Of a stretch of 64,000 nucleotides of DNA, positions 60,937 to 64,000 are shown piece after piece (positions within the stretch are counted from its first letter, which is position 1; every line of letters starts with the position of its first letter). The notes under the pieces are model-generated. The model did not search any database and was not told the origin of the DNA. It saw only the letters and a list, made by a program, of their open reading frames with translations. The position numbers were made by a program, and so were the translations under genes. Source of the DNA: the human T2T-CHM13v2.0 reference genome, Homo sapiens; NCBI RefSeq assembly GCF_009914755.1, contig NC_060948.1; one strand, given 5' to 3'.

Positions 60937-63046
60937 AAGATCCATATTTTTTAAATGAAAAAAAATTTCAAAGGTACTCTGCTTGGTACAATAATCAAAT
61001 GTATAAACTGAGGAATAAAACATAACCATGAAACCTACTTATAACTGCATATGGAAAATACAGAGGATAATTTTTTAAATAACATATTTTGAAAGCCTTA
61101 ACTAGTAATTTGAAGAGTTGGCATTTGAAAGGCCAGTATGAATATACCTTCAAAGCAGCAACACAGGTTCCCCATGAGAAAAAGCAAACACAGGGAAAAT
61201 AAAAACACAAAGGTTCAATCTCTTCTGACCTTTGAAAGACACAGCACAGACAGTGGTCCTTAGGACGAAGAGCAGGAGACCCCTAATTCCGTCACCATGG
61301 CGATAGGGCATAAACATTGCTGGGTGAGGGCACAATCCACATTGTGAGGTCCAACTGCTGCCAGGAAGAGAGGAGTGCTTTTACATAGACCGAAAGGTCA
61401 TTGAAGGCTCAGAGTTTTGTTTCAAGAACTGAATCCCAAGCCCACACGTTATTAGGCTGCGCTTCTTAAAACAAGTTATGAGATGGGAAAAAGGGCACCC
61501 ACAAACATACGTATACATTATGTATATAATAATATACAGTATCATATATATAATATATATAACCTATGTATAATATTGTTTTACATCCTGCATCTTATGT
61601 TATATATATTGTATAAAATATAATAATTGATAATATATAAGTTTTATAATTATACAATATGACATATAGTATATATTATAATTTATGACATATATAATAT
61701 ATGTTATATATACATCATATGTAGAATATATTATACGGTTAATATACGAATTAAATATAAATTATACATTATATATATTATATATAATATATCTGTTATA
61801 TATAATACCCGTTATGCATAATATATATATTATGTCTATGTTATATATAGTATAAAACAACATATAATAATATATAATTGTATATATAAAATGCGACATA
61901 TAATATATATTATATTTTATAACATATGTAGTATATATTATATATTATATATAATACGTTGTATGTATAATACCTATATTAAATATATATTATATGACTA
62001 TGTTATTAATTACATGTCACATGTGTTATATATTATATATTTTACATAGAATATACCGGTAACATACAATATATACTATGTTACCTATAATGTATAATTT
62101 ATTACATGTAAAATAAAGAATGCAATATATTATGTATAATTTATAATATACCATATGTGGAATGTGATATATATAACATATAATATATGATATATGATAT
62201 ACAGTATATGATATATAACATACAATATATGATTCCTAATATATATGGTATACAATATATATTTTATGATATGTATTCTATATGTTTTATATTCTGTTAT
62301 ATATAAATATTTGAAATTATATATAACTGTATAATATTTTATGTAAATATGTAATATAATATATATAACTATATAATATATTATATATAACTATATATTA
62401 TGTTATATATACTTTTATAACATAATTTACATAAAATATCATAATATAATATATATTATATTATTTCATAATACATAATATATATTACATATCACCCAAT
62501 ATAACTAACATACATAATATTATAATATAGATTATATTATGTTATATTAAATATCATATATATCATGTATCATATATTCTATAATATATATTACACATTA
62601 TATAATATGTATGTTGTCTATTATGTGATATATATAACTATATATATAATTATATTTTTATACATATAACTGGATAAACATGTAATTCTACATCTTTTCA
62701 TTTATAATATGTAGAATTATATAATCATATATAATTATTTATATTCTATAAAAAATTTTATCTTTATATAAATTATAATATATAAAAATTATAATATGTA
62801 CTACACATATATATATTATATATCATATATGATATAGTACCATTGTTATATATCATAATACATATAAATGTGTATTATGTTATCTATAATTATATAATTT
62901 CATATATAAGATGTATATTATGTATCATATATTATATATGTTATGTAATATATATAGTATATATAAGATGACACAGGATAAATATTATATACTATGACAT
63001 ATAAAATATATGAGGTTATATGTTACATATAAGGCATAGCACATAA

Positions 63047-63360
<314 letters not shown>

Positions 63361-64000
63361 AAGATCCATATTTTTTAAATGAAAAAAAATTTCAAAGGTA
63401 CTCTGCTTGGTACAATAATCAAATGTGTAAACTGAGGAATAAAACATAACCATGAAACCTACTTATAACTGCATATGGAAAATACAGAGGATAATTTTTT
63501 AAATAACATATTTTGAAAGCCTTAACTAGTAATTTGAAGAGTTGGCATTTGAAAGGCCAGTATGAATATACCTTCAAAGCAGCAACACAGGTTCCCCATG
63601 AGAAAAAGCAAACACAGGGAAAATAAAAACACAAAGGTTCAATCTCTTCTGACCTTTGAAAGACACAGCACAGACAGTGGTCCTTAGGACGAAGAGCAGG
63701 AGACCCCTAATTCCGTCACCATGGCGATAGGGCATAAACATTGCTGGGTGAGGGCACAATCCACATTGTGAGGTCCAACTGCTGCCAGGAAGACAGGAGT
63801 GCTTTTACATAGACCGAAAGGTCATTGAAGGCTCAGAGTTTTGTTTCAAGAACTGAATCCCAAGCCCACACGTTATTAGGCTGCGCTTCTTAAAACAAGT
63901 TATGAGATGGGAAAAAGGGCACCCACAAATATACGTATACATTATGTATATAATAATATACAGTATCATATATATAATATATATAACCTATGTATAATAT

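Overview
The whole window is one head-to-tail tandem array of a ~2,420-bp unit: about 26.4 units, 27 Alu-containing cores, all in one orientation, with no unique flanking DNA. Each unit has three parts: a diverged, nearly full-length Alu on the minus strand (~290 bp), a ~570-bp moderately GC-rich HSATI-type segment, and a ~1,560-bp extremely AT-rich low-complexity block. This is the known human DYZ2 / HSat1B composite satellite, most likely from Yq12 heterochromatin. The HaeIII map read from the sequence gives a 2,146-bp fragment, matching the classic 2.1-kb male-specific band. I find no credible protein-coding or RNA genes, and the short ORFs simply recur with the repeat. I cannot support a new biological system here. 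What deserves a second look is the array's internal history: a divergent ~3.6-unit subfamily block that retains ancestral Alu bases, two different dimeric higher-order repeats, long-range duplications at 10- and 13-unit spacing, microhomology-type indels, and an Alu with AluS-like diagnostic bases. Units U1-U27 are numbered by Alu core from the left. All comparisons were made by eye, and consensus sequences and literature facts are recalled from memory.
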